Source: an uncultured bacterium
GTDB lineage: Bacteria > Fidelibacterota > Marinisomatia > Marinisomatales > TCS56
Reading direction: 5' to 3'
Assembly: GCA_964410945.1 (NCBI GenBank)
Contig: CAYPJE010000014.1
Span: forward strand, 994-64,993
Length of the DNA: 64,000 nucleotides
The notes under the pieces are model-generated. The model was not told the DNA's origin and ran no database searches. It saw only the letters and a list, made by a program, of their open reading frames with translations. Positions 44,440 to 53,745 of the stretch are shown here, piece after piece. A program made the translations under genes and the position numbers. Position 1 is the stretch's first letter. Each line of letters opens with the position of its first letter.

Positions 44440-44707
44440 GCAGTTAGGGGCCAGTCCGAATCCCGCCACCGATACTCTGCTCGGTAGCGATAACACCTTT
44501 GAAAGTGGGGCCTGGTCAGTAAATACCAGTGGCTGGAGTGAAGGGCGCTATACCATTTATGCCGTGGGATACGATCTGGCTGGCAACCAGAGCAGTTTGT
44601 CATCAAAAGGAATTGGAGTATTGCCTAATCCAATGAAGGTATCTGGTTTAGTTGATTGGCAGATAGGTGAAATGAATACAACTCAGATAGGGATATTCAG
44701 CTCATGA
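44411..44707 (+). CDS. Ig-like domain protein fragment
   Basis: VKIYKQLGAS...GAWSVNTSGWSEGRYTIYAVGYDLAGNQS is the same module as in 42511..43161. Confidence 0.45.
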   Translation: MDTSVVKIYKQLGASPNPATDTLLGSDNTFESGAWSVNTSGWSEGRYTIYAVGYDLAGNQSSLSSKGIGVLPNPMKVSGLVDWQIGEMNTTQIGIFSS

Positions 44708-44937
44708 TAACAGGTGATATAATTACTGTGAAATACTATTTAATGACGGGGAGTAAACCGGACACTGAAGTTGATACCTATATCGGGTATTCAGAGGTCC
44801 ACCCCGATTCATCCCTGGCCCATAGTGCAATAGTGACGCTGCCGGCAGGAACCCACAATCTTTATGCCATAGCTATTGATCGATTAGGGAATGTAAGTCG
44901 TAACAGCCGCCCGGTTCAGTTTGAGGTTCAAGCATGA
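44704..44937 (+). CDS. Ig-like domain protein (single module)
   Basis: ITVKYYL...VTLPAGTHNLYAIAIDRLGNVS. ATGA overlaps on both sides. Confidence 0.45.
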   Translation: MITGDIITVKYYLMTGSKPDTEVDTYIGYSEVHPDSSLAHSAIVTLPAGTHNLYAIAIDRLGNVSRNSRPVQFEVQA

Positions 44938-45731
44938 AAAATATTCAGATTACAGTCTCTGAACTATTAATCAGTTTTGCCAGTTACGAATACCGGTTTT
45001 CCGCTGGTGAAGTTGTACTGTGGTTTAATATACGGAATCCGTATTTCTATCAATGCAGTCTTACTTCCCTACAGTATCAAAGCCAGACTGGGGAATGGTT
45101 GGATGCCAACTTATCCAGCAACCAGATTGAAACCGATATCAACAGTATTTCCCTAACAGGTAAGCCACGTCAGATTGGTATTGTGTGGGATGCTGCCAGC
45201 GATTTCAGAATAATGAAAGCCTGGTCAGATGTGGCCGTTCGTGCTCAGTTTAATGATCGACCGAATGGAACCGGTACCCCCACTAACCTGGTGGAGTTCT
45301 CTGTTGATGTAGATTTCACGGTAAAGGCGGAACCCCAAGTCATACGTCCACGAGATAATGATCCCTATTTGTTATTCAATTTCGTCAACCCGCTGGCGAT
45401 CAGGCCCTGTAAGATGCACTTTACTCTCCGGATCGATAAGGTATCAACATTTGATAGTGAAGATTTGATGGAGTTTGATACTGCTGAAGATCAAACCAAT
45501 TGGACCGTTGATGGTGGTTCTTATCCGGAGGAAGGTATCGATGGCCAAACCGAATTCAACATAATCTATGATGATCCAAGCATACTAGCCAATTTCTCAG
45601 AGGGTCCATTATACTTTGAGCTAATAACAAAATTAGACCAGTTCTATCCCGTAATTACCGAACCTGCAATGGGTCAGGTATATCAGGGAACCCAGGTTGA
45701 TATTGAAGGAACAATAAGCATAGTACAGTGA
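44934..45731 (+). CDS. Putative major tail protein (positional)
   Basis: It lies immediately upstream of the G/GT chaperone pair and the tape measure. The C-terminus repeats the EP..GQVY.GT..D..GT motif. Confidence 0.35.
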   Translation: MKNIQITVSELLISFASYEYRFSAGEVVLWFNIRNPYFYQCSLTSLQYQSQTGEWLDANLSSNQIETDINSISLTGKPRQIGIVWDAASDFRIMKAWSDVAVRAQFNDRPNGTGTPTNLVEFSVDVDFTVKAEPQVIRPRDNDPYLLFNFVNPLAIRPCKMHFTLRIDKVSTFDSEDLMEFDTAEDQTNWTVDGGSYPEEGIDGQTEFNIIYDDPSILANFSEGPLYFELITKLDQFYPVITEPAMGQVYQGTQVDIEGTISIVQ

Positions 45732-45739
45732 GGTAAATA

Positions 45740-46105
45740 ATGCCAGAAACACAAGAATTAAGAAAAGAATACACAATTGATGGCCATGAGGTCTATCAAG
45801 AAAAATTGAGTATAGGTGGAGCACTGGCCACTAAGCGTTTGCTTAATAAGGTTGGTTTCAAAAAAGGTCTGGATTTCTATGATGCTGTGGACCTGCTGGA
45901 AAAGAAAAATAAGCTGAATGAATTTATCCTGATCATACTAAAAGGAGATCTCCCCAAAAAACCAGTGACCGAATGGCCAGCAGAAATCGGATTAGCGATA
46001 ATCAGTGATTTTTTTTTATTCAACGATGTGTTGATCAAAGCGTTGCTGATCTCCTGGAACAAAGAAAACGACTCCCCAAGCGAAAACGAAAAAAGTCCCA
46101 GTTAG
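45740..46105 (+). CDS. Tail assembly chaperone (G-like)
   Basis: 121 aa directly upstream of the tape measure. A -1 frame ORF extends beyond its stop. Confidence 0.5.
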   Translation: MPETQELRKEYTIDGHEVYQEKLSIGGALATKRLLNKVGFKKGLDFYDAVDLLEKKNKLNEFILIILKGDLPKKPVTEWPAEIGLAIISDFFLFNDVLIKALLISWNKENDSPSENEKSPS

Positions 46106-46278
46106 AGGAGTTACTCGATGATGGCCCTGCAGATGATATCGAAACGCTGGAACGCCTGGTATATATCCTGGCTGCAGGCCAAGCATTAAACAGGAAAACA
46201 GTGGAAGCTATGGACCAACTGGAAGCATTTGAATGGTTATTTATATATACCCCGGAACCGCCCAAACGCCGGAGATAA
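45740..46278 (+). CDS. Tail assembly chaperone GT-like product via -1 frameshift
   Basis: The -1 frame is open from 46009 to TAA 46276-46278 (..KKSQLEELLDDGPADDIETLERLVYILAAG..), ending 3 nt before the tape measure start. Slippery runs are T9 (46009-46017) and A6G (46089-46095). Confidence 0.4.
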
Positions 46279-46281
46279 TCA

Positions 46282-49200
46282 GTGGATAATAACCAATTGG
46301 CCATAGCCATTAAACTAAAATTAAAGGAGGCTGAAAAGGGTTTAAAAGAACTCCAGCGGGATTTTGACCAGTTCGCTGATCAGGCTGGTCATGATATTGA
46401 TCGGACCGATAAAAAGGCCAAGAAATTAACCGGATCGATTGTTAAATGGGGAGCTGGTGTACTTAGTCTATATCTTGGCTTCCAGATGCTATCAGGGGGG
46501 ATTCAGGATACCGTCAGAGTTGGGGAATCATTTGCTGCCACGATGAGCAAAGTTCAAGCCGTATCCGGAGCGACCCGGGAGGAATGGCTGCAGCTAGAAC
46601 AGGATGCCCTGCGCCTGGGTTCATCCACCAGGTATACAGCCACTGAGGTTGGCCAGCTCCAGATCGAATATTCAAAACTTGGTTTCTCAGCTCAAGAAAT
46701 CCTGAAAGTTGCGGAAGGTACCCTATACCTGGCATCGGCCACCGGTGAAGACCTGGCCACGTCTGCTTCCGTTGCCGGTGGTGTTTTAAGAGCATACAAC
46801 TACGAAGCTGACCAGACTAACCGTGTTACCGATGTTATGGCTAAGCTGTTTTCCAGCTCAGCTCAAGACCTGCAGAAATTTAAGGTTGGTATGTCCCAAT
46901 CGGGTACGGTCAGTCAACAGGCTGGTCTAGCGATTGAAGATACCTCGGCACTCCTGGGAGTGCTCTCAGATCGGAACGTTCGGGCCGAAACAACTGGAAC
47001 TGGGGTCCGGAACATTTTACTTATGCTCAATGAGGAAGGTAGCAAGTTAAATACGGTCCTGGGTGGTAGCGTTTCCAGTTATGATGAGCTGATCGAACGG
47101 CTTGGCCTGGCAGCAGAAAACGAGCAGGTTTTTGAGGAAGCCATGAAAGCTGTAGGCCGGGAAAATGCCGTTGTATTCTCTACCCTGGTTGAGAATATCG
47201 ATGCGGTTGATTTACTCCGGACGGGACTCCAGCAGGCCGACGGCTCAGCAAAGAGTATGGCCAAAACAATGGAGGACAATTTAAGAGGTGCCATGACCGA
47301 AATGAAATCGGCCACCGAGGGACTTCAAATCCAATTCTTTAAGACCTTTGATAAGCAGCTAACTGCCGGTATTCGGAAGATAACAGAATTCACTCAGCTC
47401 ACCACCGAGTGGATCAAACAACCAATGGCTGAACAGTTAGAGCAGGAACGAATCAAGCTCAATGGCCTGGTGATGGCCATAACTACCACCAACACTAACC
47501 AGGAGCTGCGCAACCAACTGATCCAGGACCTGCAGGATAAATATCCGGACTTCCTGGAGAACCTGAACACAGAAGCACTCACCAATGAAGACCTGGCAGA
47601 TCGACTACGGGATGTGAATGAGCAGATGATTCAGAATACCTTGCTAAAAGGTAAAGAAAATGAACTAGCTACTATAAGAAAAGCAGAAGCCGACTCTCTG
47701 GATGAATTGATTATTCTGAAACAGAAATTTGGGGAAACCATTGCCGGGGATGAATCCAGTTATAATCTGGAAATTGATAAGACCAGGGAGCTTACTGAGC
47801 AATATCAGGACATGAGATATGAGCTGGAAAATTATGCCCGGGAGAAATACGGTAGTGTAGTATGGGCAAGAGATGAAGTTGCTGCTCTAGAAAAAGCCTA
47901 CTGGGATGTAATAATTGCAGAGCGGGAGTACCAGGAAGCCCATTCAGTTACCGGGGAAAAACTGGAAGAAATTATCGCTGTTAAAAAGGAACTGGGCCTC
48001 CTTACAAATGAGGAAGCTGCCCAGTATCTTTCCATTGAAGAATTAATGGCCAAGATGACCGATGAGCAAAAGGAACATGCTCAGTCATTACTGGATAGTT
48101 TCCAGGGAGTACCATATAGTATTGAACACACTGAAAACCAGGTAAGACAATACTATTTAACAACTATTGAGGCCAAGGACGGAACTGATGATCTGACCGA
48201 TTCGCTGATTAATCAGATGGAGTATATGAAAGAGTATACATCGATCACCGATTATATGAATAGTGTCCAGAAGGTCGGCTATGCCCAGGCCATCAAGTAT
48301 AACCAGGCCAAGCTGGCAGCAGTCGAAAAGGCCATCGAGTCAGGAACCCTGGAAAATGAGGAATTGCAGAAGGCTGAAAAACTCCGTGACGCACTGATGC
48401 TCAAAGATATCCAGCTCAATGATCAGGCGGCTGCTGATAAGAAAAAGACAATTGAAACCATCAATACCCTGGATAGCAAATCATTGGCCACTAAGTTGGA
48501 GAAATTGAATACTGAGGAGGAAGCATTACTGACCCATCTGGATTCATTAAATATATCCAATGAGGAATATGCTAGACGTGATCTGGAGATCAGAAAATTC
48601 TATGCTGATGAGCGGGTTCGCCTGGAGGCCGAAACAGTCCAGAAGGAATTAGACCAAAAAGAAATGAAAGCTCAACGGGAATATGAGCTAGGTTTAATGT
48701 CCGGAATTCAATACCTGCAGTTTCTCCATGAAAAAGATCAGGCACATCAGAAAATGCTTGCTGATGGTCTGATCTCAGAAGAAAAATATGATGAGCTGAA
48801 AAACGAGATCGGACAGCAATCCCTCCAGGTGGCCATGAAGCGATTTGACCGCCTTAGAATGGGCTTTAAAGAATTTTTAAAGGGTGAAGCCCAGGACTTT
48901 TTAACTGCTCAGCAAATTAAGTTATTTGGAAAACTGGCTGAGATCATGGCCCAGGGGGGAGCTACCCTGGGATCATCCCTGGTTGTATCCCTCCCTCTAT
49001 ATGGATTGGGTATTGCAGCTCTTGAAATTGCCAAAGGGAAAATTGCTCAGCTCTATACAGGGGTCCGGGACTTTGAAGGTGGTTGGGCAATGACTGGTGA
49101 AGAGGGTCCAGAGTTAATGTGGCTACCCCCAGGGACCGATGTTTATTCCCACCCTGAGACACAGCGCATGTTAGGGGAATCTGCGGTATTTAATCGGGTC

Positions 49201-49377
49201 CATAATACCAATGTGGCCAATCAGGAATCGATTGCCAATATGAAAATACAGCAAGATAATGACGAGGTAGTTGATCGCCTGGAAAGCGTTGAGAATGCAG
49301 TCCGATCAATTAAGTTTCCCTCTGCTAAAGATATTGCCAGAGCCACGGCCAATCATAACAGGGGTAGGATGAACTGA
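46282..49377 (+). CDS. Tail tape measure protein (TP901-type core)
   Basis: 1031 aa. N-terminal core ATMSKVQAVSGATREEWLQLEQDALRLGSSTRYTATEV...AEGTLYLASATGEDL. Long coiled coil. Confidence 0.85.
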   Translation: MDNNQLAIAIKLKLKEAEKGLKELQRDFDQFADQAGHDIDRTDKKAKKLTGSIVKWGAGVLSLYLGFQMLSGGIQDTVRVGESFAATMSKVQAVSGATREEWLQLEQDALRLGSSTRYTATEVGQLQIEYSKLGFSAQEILKVAEGTLYLASATGEDLATSASVAGGVLRAYNYEADQTNRVTDVMAKLFSSSAQDLQKFKVGMSQSGTVSQQAGLAIEDTSALLGVLSDRNVRAETTGTGVRNILLMLNEEGSKLNTVLGGSVSSYDELIERLGLAAENEQVFEEAMKAVGRENAVVFSTLVENIDAVDLLRTGLQQADGSAKSMAKTMEDNLRGAMTEMKSATEGLQIQFFKTFDKQLTAGIRKITEFTQLTTEWIKQPMAEQLEQERIKLNGLVMAITTTNTNQELRNQLIQDLQDKYPDFLENLNTEALTNEDLADRLRDVNEQMIQNTLLKGKENELATIRKAEADSLDELIILKQKFGETIAGDESSYNLEIDKTRELTEQYQDMRYELENYAREKYGSVVWARDEVAALEKAYWDVIIAEREYQEAHSVTGEKLEEIIAVKKELGLLTNEEAAQYLSIEELMAKMTDEQKEHAQSLLDSFQGVPYSIEHTENQVRQYYLTTIEAKDGTDDLTDSLINQMEYMKEYTSITDYMNSVQKVGYAQAIKYNQAKLAAVEKAIESGTLENEELQKAEKLRDALMLKDIQLNDQAAADKKKTIETINTLDSKSLATKLEKLNTEEEALLTHLDSLNISNEEYARRDLEIRKFYADERVRLEAETVQKELDQKEMKAQREYELGLMSGIQYLQFLHEKDQAHQKMLADGLISEEKYDELKNEIGQQSLQVAMKRFDRLRMGFKEFLKGEAQDFLTAQQIKLFGKLAEIMAQGGATLGSSLVVSLPLYGLGIAALEIAKGKIAQLYTGVRDFEGGWAMTGEEGPELMWLPPGTDVYSHPETQRMLGESAVFNRVHNTNVANQESIANMKIQQDNDEVVDRLESVENAVRSIKFPSAKDIARATANHNRGRMN

Positions 49378-50915
49378 TGGTCCCCAATATCCTACATAAT
49401 GGACAGGATATCACCAGGTATGTATTAGAGGATGATTTCCCGGATTACCTGGAGGAATCATTTAAGGGGACTGGATATTTTGATGTACAACTGGCTTCGG
49501 TAACATTTAAGATATTGACTAGTGTTACTGGGATATCGCTTATTAGAAAAGATCGGATAACATTTACTGAACCTGGCTCCGGAGTAATCATACTTAATGG
49601 ATATATTGATAGCATTGAAGATGAGCTATCAGAGACCCCATCGATAACTGTATTTCCCCTGGCTTTGCTTCTTAAGGATACGATTGTTGGGGAATTGATT
49701 AACACGGACGATGATGAAGAAGAAATATATGAGTATGATACCGGTATGGCCATTAATGTCCGGGATAATATTTCAGCTATCCTGAAACAGGTAAATTCAA
49801 AGGAAAATACATCTTTTAAGGTTACGTCCACCAGTTGTCCCGATCCGGTCGATATGGGCGAAAAAAAGCGGTTTTTTGGGAATATTCTCAAGAGCTTCGA
49901 GCAAGGTGGCTTTCTGTTTGGCATCATCCAGCTAATATTCAGTTTTTTAGATGGTATCGATATCCGGAAGAAATCAGATGCCTATTATATTATACAGAGG
50001 GACGCAGGCTTTTTTAAGAAGACCTGGATCGAAAAGGGAGATTGGCTGAATATTAAAATTTTGGGTACTAAAATAAAAGTCCCCGGATCGGATATCAAAC
50101 TAACTACCCTGGGAGCTGAGTATAAAGTATATAGATGTGTAAACGGTGGTCTAGAATATGTGACTACCCATGACTGGGCTCCCCTGCCTCCATTTGCAGA
50201 GGCTGTACCAGTCAGCATGAAATCCCTGTATGGTGATAAGCACACAAGCAATACCACTCAAAATGTCACATCAGGTAAGGTTAAGTCGTTCCTATATGAA
50301 ACCAAGTACAATTCTTATCCAGAAATCATTGCCGGATTTGACCTGGATGGTGAGAACAGCTATTTCCTGGCCACTGCTAAGAAAAAGTGGAATACATCAA
50401 AACATACCCTGGTTTTATCGTTTGAAACGCCCTTTGATTTTAAATACTGGTGTACTTACCGGGATGCTGCTGCCTGGGAGATAATCAGGGAGTTGGCCAT
50501 AGTTACTGATCGATGGTTATATGTGGATGAAAATGGTTTAGTCTATCTGTTGCCACGATCAAGTAGTATCGGGGATGTGACGGTACCAGCGAGAAATATT
50601 GAAGAGTTAAACCGGAAGCGTCATAAAGAGATTGAATATGATCTCAATTTGACCAGGTACGAAGAAAATGACGGGCAGGTTTATTCATATGGAATACGTC
50701 TCAGGAAAAATGAATTAGAGGCAATCCGGAAAGTCTACCGGGAGCGGTTCCAGGGGGAACGGGTTGAAGATACAATAAAAATCATTAAATCGTCACAATC
50801 GATTGGATTAATGAAAAATATAATAATCGATGGTGAGGACCATGGATTGATTATAAGTAAAGGTCGTTCATTGCTTGAGTCAGGAATCGAAGTGAAGGCG
50901 GAGAGCTATGTATAA
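49377..50915 (+). CDS. Tail protein (distal tail/baseplate-like, positional)
   Basis: The start overlaps the tape measure stop (ATGA, TGATGG context). 512 aa. Confidence 0.45.
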   Translation: MVPNILHNGQDITRYVLEDDFPDYLEESFKGTGYFDVQLASVTFKILTSVTGISLIRKDRITFTEPGSGVIILNGYIDSIEDELSETPSITVFPLALLLKDTIVGELINTDDDEEEIYEYDTGMAINVRDNISAILKQVNSKENTSFKVTSTSCPDPVDMGEKKRFFGNILKSFEQGGFLFGIIQLIFSFLDGIDIRKKSDAYYIIQRDAGFFKKTWIEKGDWLNIKILGTKIKVPGSDIKLTTLGAEYKVYRCVNGGLEYVTTHDWAPLPPFAEAVPVSMKSLYGDKHTSNTTQNVTSGKVKSFLYETKYNSYPEIIAGFDLDGENSYFLATAKKKWNTSKHTLVLSFETPFDFKYWCTYRDAAAWEIIRELAIVTDRWLYVDENGLVYLLPRSSSIGDVTVPARNIEELNRKRHKEIEYDLNLTRYEENDGQVYSYGIRLRKNELEAIRKVYRERFQGERVEDTIKIIKSSQSIGLMKNIIIDGEDHGLIISKGRSLLESGIEVKAESYV

Positions 50916-51357
50916 AGGAGTAGGTCCACCAGCCCTGGTTTGGGGAAACACAGTTCTTGAGCTTCCACAGCCAACAAAAACCAGTGATGATGAGTACAAA
51001 CCAGAGACAGTGTATCATAAGAATATTCTAAAGGAGATTATCCCTGGGGAACAGCAGTGGAGATACGATAATAAATATGAATTCGCTAAGCTGCCACAAA
51101 ATACCTTGGATACTCTGTTGGCTATCAACAACAGAACATCTGTTGTCAAATGGATTCCTCATATTGATTTTCCAACAATCAGGTATGATGTGATAATCGA
51201 GGTGGTTCCTAAGAATGTGAAGGGGTTAATTCATGTGGACACGGCCACGATCACAGTTAAGGGAGTATTCCCCATTTATAAGAAACCAACAATTGATAAT
51301 ATGATCACTGGAGTTATACCCACCCGAATCGGATTTATTAAAGGAGAAGACCAATGA
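50908..51357 (+). CDS. Hypothetical tail protein
   Basis: Overlapping starts and stops within the tail operon. Confidence 0.4.
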   Translation: MYKGVGPPALVWGNTVLELPQPTKTSDDEYKPETVYHKNILKEIIPGEQQWRYDNKYEFAKLPQNTLDTLLAINNRTSVVKWIPHIDFPTIRYDVIIEVVPKNVKGLIHVDTATITVKGVFPIYKKPTIDNMITGVIPTRIGFIKGEDQ

Positions 51358-52049
51358 TTGGAAGGTTTAGTTTTGGACTACTGGGTACCAGTCTGCAGGA
51401 AGCACTGGCTGGTTTGGAAGTTAAAATTAAGGATGAGCGTACTGAACAGTTTATCGCTAGTACTAACCCAGTAGCTGAGCAATTAAAGATTATTGATAAT
51501 CATGATGGGGCCTACTATGTAGATGGCTGGACGATGAGCATATTTTCTGTCTATGTTGGATCGGATGAAGTCCCCCAGGAGGAACTTCAATACCAGGTAC
51601 CAAATAATGATCAGGTCTTGACGCACATTGAAGATGCAGACAGTCACCGTGTGATTGATGATGAGAGCGTGGCAGCCGATAAACTATGGTCAGCAGATAA
51701 AATCAATACTGAGCTTGGGGGTAAATCTGATAGTAACCATGCCCACGATTATTCTCCTTCAGATCATAATCACAATGAGGATTATTCAGATATCAATCAC
51801 GACCATTCTGGAGTATATGCCACAGCAGATCATACCCATTCAGATGATGTAGCAAGCCTCAATCCTTTGTCTGCCCATCTTGCCCTGTCAGAGGAAAACG
51901 TGGGAAAAATTTATCATTATGATGCCGGAAGGACTGCTCAGGTTGGAACATCAGGTATATATGCTGTCGTTAAAACTGGTGGGGCTGGTGATGTTGTAAG
52001 GCTTACCCTAGCCGAATCTACCTGGGATTATAGCGCTGGAGGCACCTAG
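51354..52049 (+). CDS. Tail fibre / receptor-binding protein with HxH repeats
   Basis: SNHAHDYSPSDHNHNEDYSDINHDHSGVYATADHTHSDD contains five H-x-H units. It is the last gene before the right end. Confidence 0.5.
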   Translation: MIGRFSFGLLGTSLQEALAGLEVKIKDERTEQFIASTNPVAEQLKIIDNHDGAYYVDGWTMSIFSVYVGSDEVPQEELQYQVPNNDQVLTHIEDADSHRVIDDESVAADKLWSADKINTELGGKSDSNHAHDYSPSDHNHNEDYSDINHDHSGVYATADHTHSDDVASLNPLSAHLALSEENVGKIYHYDAGRTAQVGTSGIYAVVKTGGAGDVVRLTLAESTWDYSAGGT

Positions 52050-52159
52050 AAGCTCATTTAATTGCCATTGAATGGCTGATTAAACCCGGTTTAAATTGCG
52101 ATTAAGGCAGGCCCTATGACAGATTGGCATCATGGGGCGAAACAAAGTTGGTGTAAAAA

Positions 52160-52172
52160 AGTCTCATTTCAA
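52160..52172 (-). repeat. Right-end terminal transposase-binding site (R1)
   Basis: AGTCTCATTTCAA is the reverse complement of TTGAAATGAGACT and matches left-end TTGAACTGAGACT. A degenerate copy AGCTCATTTA lies at 52051-52060. Confidence 0.5.
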
Positions 52173-52257
52173 ATGCGCAATCATAATAAATTATTTTTAT
52201 TTCACGAAAAAATTTTTAACCTTTTCTGCCACCGACAGTCTAATCGGGCGTAAATGA

Positions 52258-52782
52258 ATGAGAAGCGACCATGAAATCATTAAAGCCTTTCAAAATGGAA
52301 ACCAGTCTGCGTTTGATGAACTCGTGCGTCGCTACCTGCCCCAGGTTTACCAGTTTTTCGCTGCTTTTACAAAAGATGAGATGGAAGCCGATGACCTGGC
52401 GCAGGAAGTTTTTCTCAAATTGTATAAAAGCCTGGGCAAATTCCGTTTTGAAGCTGAATTCAGTACCTATCTGTATCGAATCAATGTCAATCAGGCCAAC
52501 AGCTATTTTCGCCGCAATCGCTGGAGAAATCTACTGCACCTGGATGAGGTGCCTGAGGTTGAGACGCCCCATGTTGATGCCAATCGCGATTTCGATACCG
52601 AACAGCTGTGGACCGAGATTGGAAAGCTGCCGAAGCGTCAGCGGATGATAATGATGTTACGCGTCGGACAGAAAATGCCCTACAGTGATATTGCCGGAAT
52701 TTTGGATATGTCGGTTAACTCGGCCAAGGTGAATTATCACCATGCCGTAAATAATCTGAAACAGAAATTGGGACAAAATTGA
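52258..52782 (+). CDS. ECF-type RNA polymerase sigma factor
   Basis: Region 2 DLAQEVFLKLYKSL...FSTYLYRINVN. Region 4 MPYSDIAGILDMSVNSAKVNYHHA. Confidence 0.85.
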   Translation: MRSDHEIIKAFQNGNQSAFDELVRRYLPQVYQFFAAFTKDEMEADDLAQEVFLKLYKSLGKFRFEAEFSTYLYRINVNQANSYFRRNRWRNLLHLDEVPEVETPHVDANRDFDTEQLWTEIGKLPKRQRMIMMLRVGQKMPYSDIAGILDMSVNSAKVNYHHAVNNLKQKLGQN

Positions 52783-52783
52783 T

Positions 52784-53161
52784 ATGAATTTTGATACTCG
52801 ATTAACAGAAATGAAACTTCCGAATCGACAACTTCCGGACAGTGGCGATTTCATCGAGCGATTTCATTCGCGCCGCAATGACTGGCAGAACAGACGACAG
52901 ACTTTACGCTCGGCACTTATTGCCGGCGTGATGGTTCTGGCAATAGGAATCATGAGTCAGTTCCAGATCCAGTCAACCAATCAGCATTTGGCCCACCTGG
53001 ATGCGACCTATTTATCACCTGGCGATTTGATAGAGACCGAGCAATTTATCAGCGAGGCCGTCTATTATTTGATTTCCAATTCAGATGATGTCTGGAGTAC
53101 GGTGGCCTTTTTGGATGAAATTGAATATGGAATTACCATGGGAAATGAGGCTATACAATGA
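52784..53161 (+). CDS. Putative anti-sigma factor (single TM)
   Basis: It starts 2 nt after the sigma gene stop. TM segment ALIAGVMVLAIGIM. Confidence 0.45.
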   Translation: MNFDTRLTEMKLPNRQLPDSGDFIERFHSRRNDWQNRRQTLRSALIAGVMVLAIGIMSQFQIQSTNQHLAHLDATYLSPGDLIETEQFISEAVYYLISNSDDVWSTVAFLDEIEYGITMGNEAIQ

Positions 53162-53682
53162 AAAAAATGATAATAATACTGTTGATTCTGCAAATAGGCA
53201 GTCTTTTTGCCCAGCCTGGTAATCGCCGCACACGGATGGGGAACCAGGGGCCAGGTGTCAACCGCACCCCTGGAATGGTAAATCAGATGCCCAGAACCAA
53301 TCGTATGGAATCATTGATGATCTGGCGCATGACCGAAGAGTTACAGCTTACGCCGGAGCAATCCCAGCAGCTATTTCCGGTAATGCAGAAATACCGCGAT
53401 GAAATCGATGCCATCGATAAACTTCGTACGGAAAAAGGGCAGGCTATATTCAGCCGGGCAATCCGCGATGTTGAAATTAGTGAAGAGGAATTTGCCAGTT
53501 TCCTGGAAGAAAAGAGAGCTTTTGATGTTCAAAAGATCGAATTGCGAACCGCGTACATTAAGAGTCTGGAGAGTATCCTGACCATTGAGCAACGGGTCAG
53601 ATTACTTTATTTCGATGAGAAATTTAAAGCAGAACTCCAGCGCAATATAAAACAGCGCTGGGATGCAGTACAGTATAAATAA
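53158..53682 (+). CDS. Periplasmic Spy/CpxP-like protein
   Basis: Signal peptide. LTPEQ motif (LQLTPEQSQQLFPVMQKYRDE) typical of Spy/CpxP/heavy-metal-sensor family repeats. Confidence 0.5.
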   Translation: MKKMIIILLILQIGSLFAQPGNRRTRMGNQGPGVNRTPGMVNQMPRTNRMESLMIWRMTEELQLTPEQSQQLFPVMQKYRDEIDAIDKLRTEKGQAIFSRAIRDVEISEEEFASFLEEKRAFDVQKIELRTAYIKSLESILTIEQRVRLLYFDEKFKAELQRNIKQRWDAVQYK

Positions 53683-53745
53683 AGCGACTGAATAATCCGC
53701 CTGAAGGTTTGAAAGTCCAATTAATAATGTAAATAAGGAGTAACG

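Larger units (their letters stand above)
21862..52171 (+). mobile_element. Mu-type transposable prophage (about 30.3 kb)
   Basis: Inverted termini TGAACTGAGACT (left) and TGAAATGAGACT (reverse complement of the right end), giving 5'-TG...CA-3'. The element carries a repressor, DDE transposase, MuB-like ATPase, GemA, DUF3164, DUF935-like portal, terminase, protease, capsid, tape measure and fibres. Confidence 0.8.
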
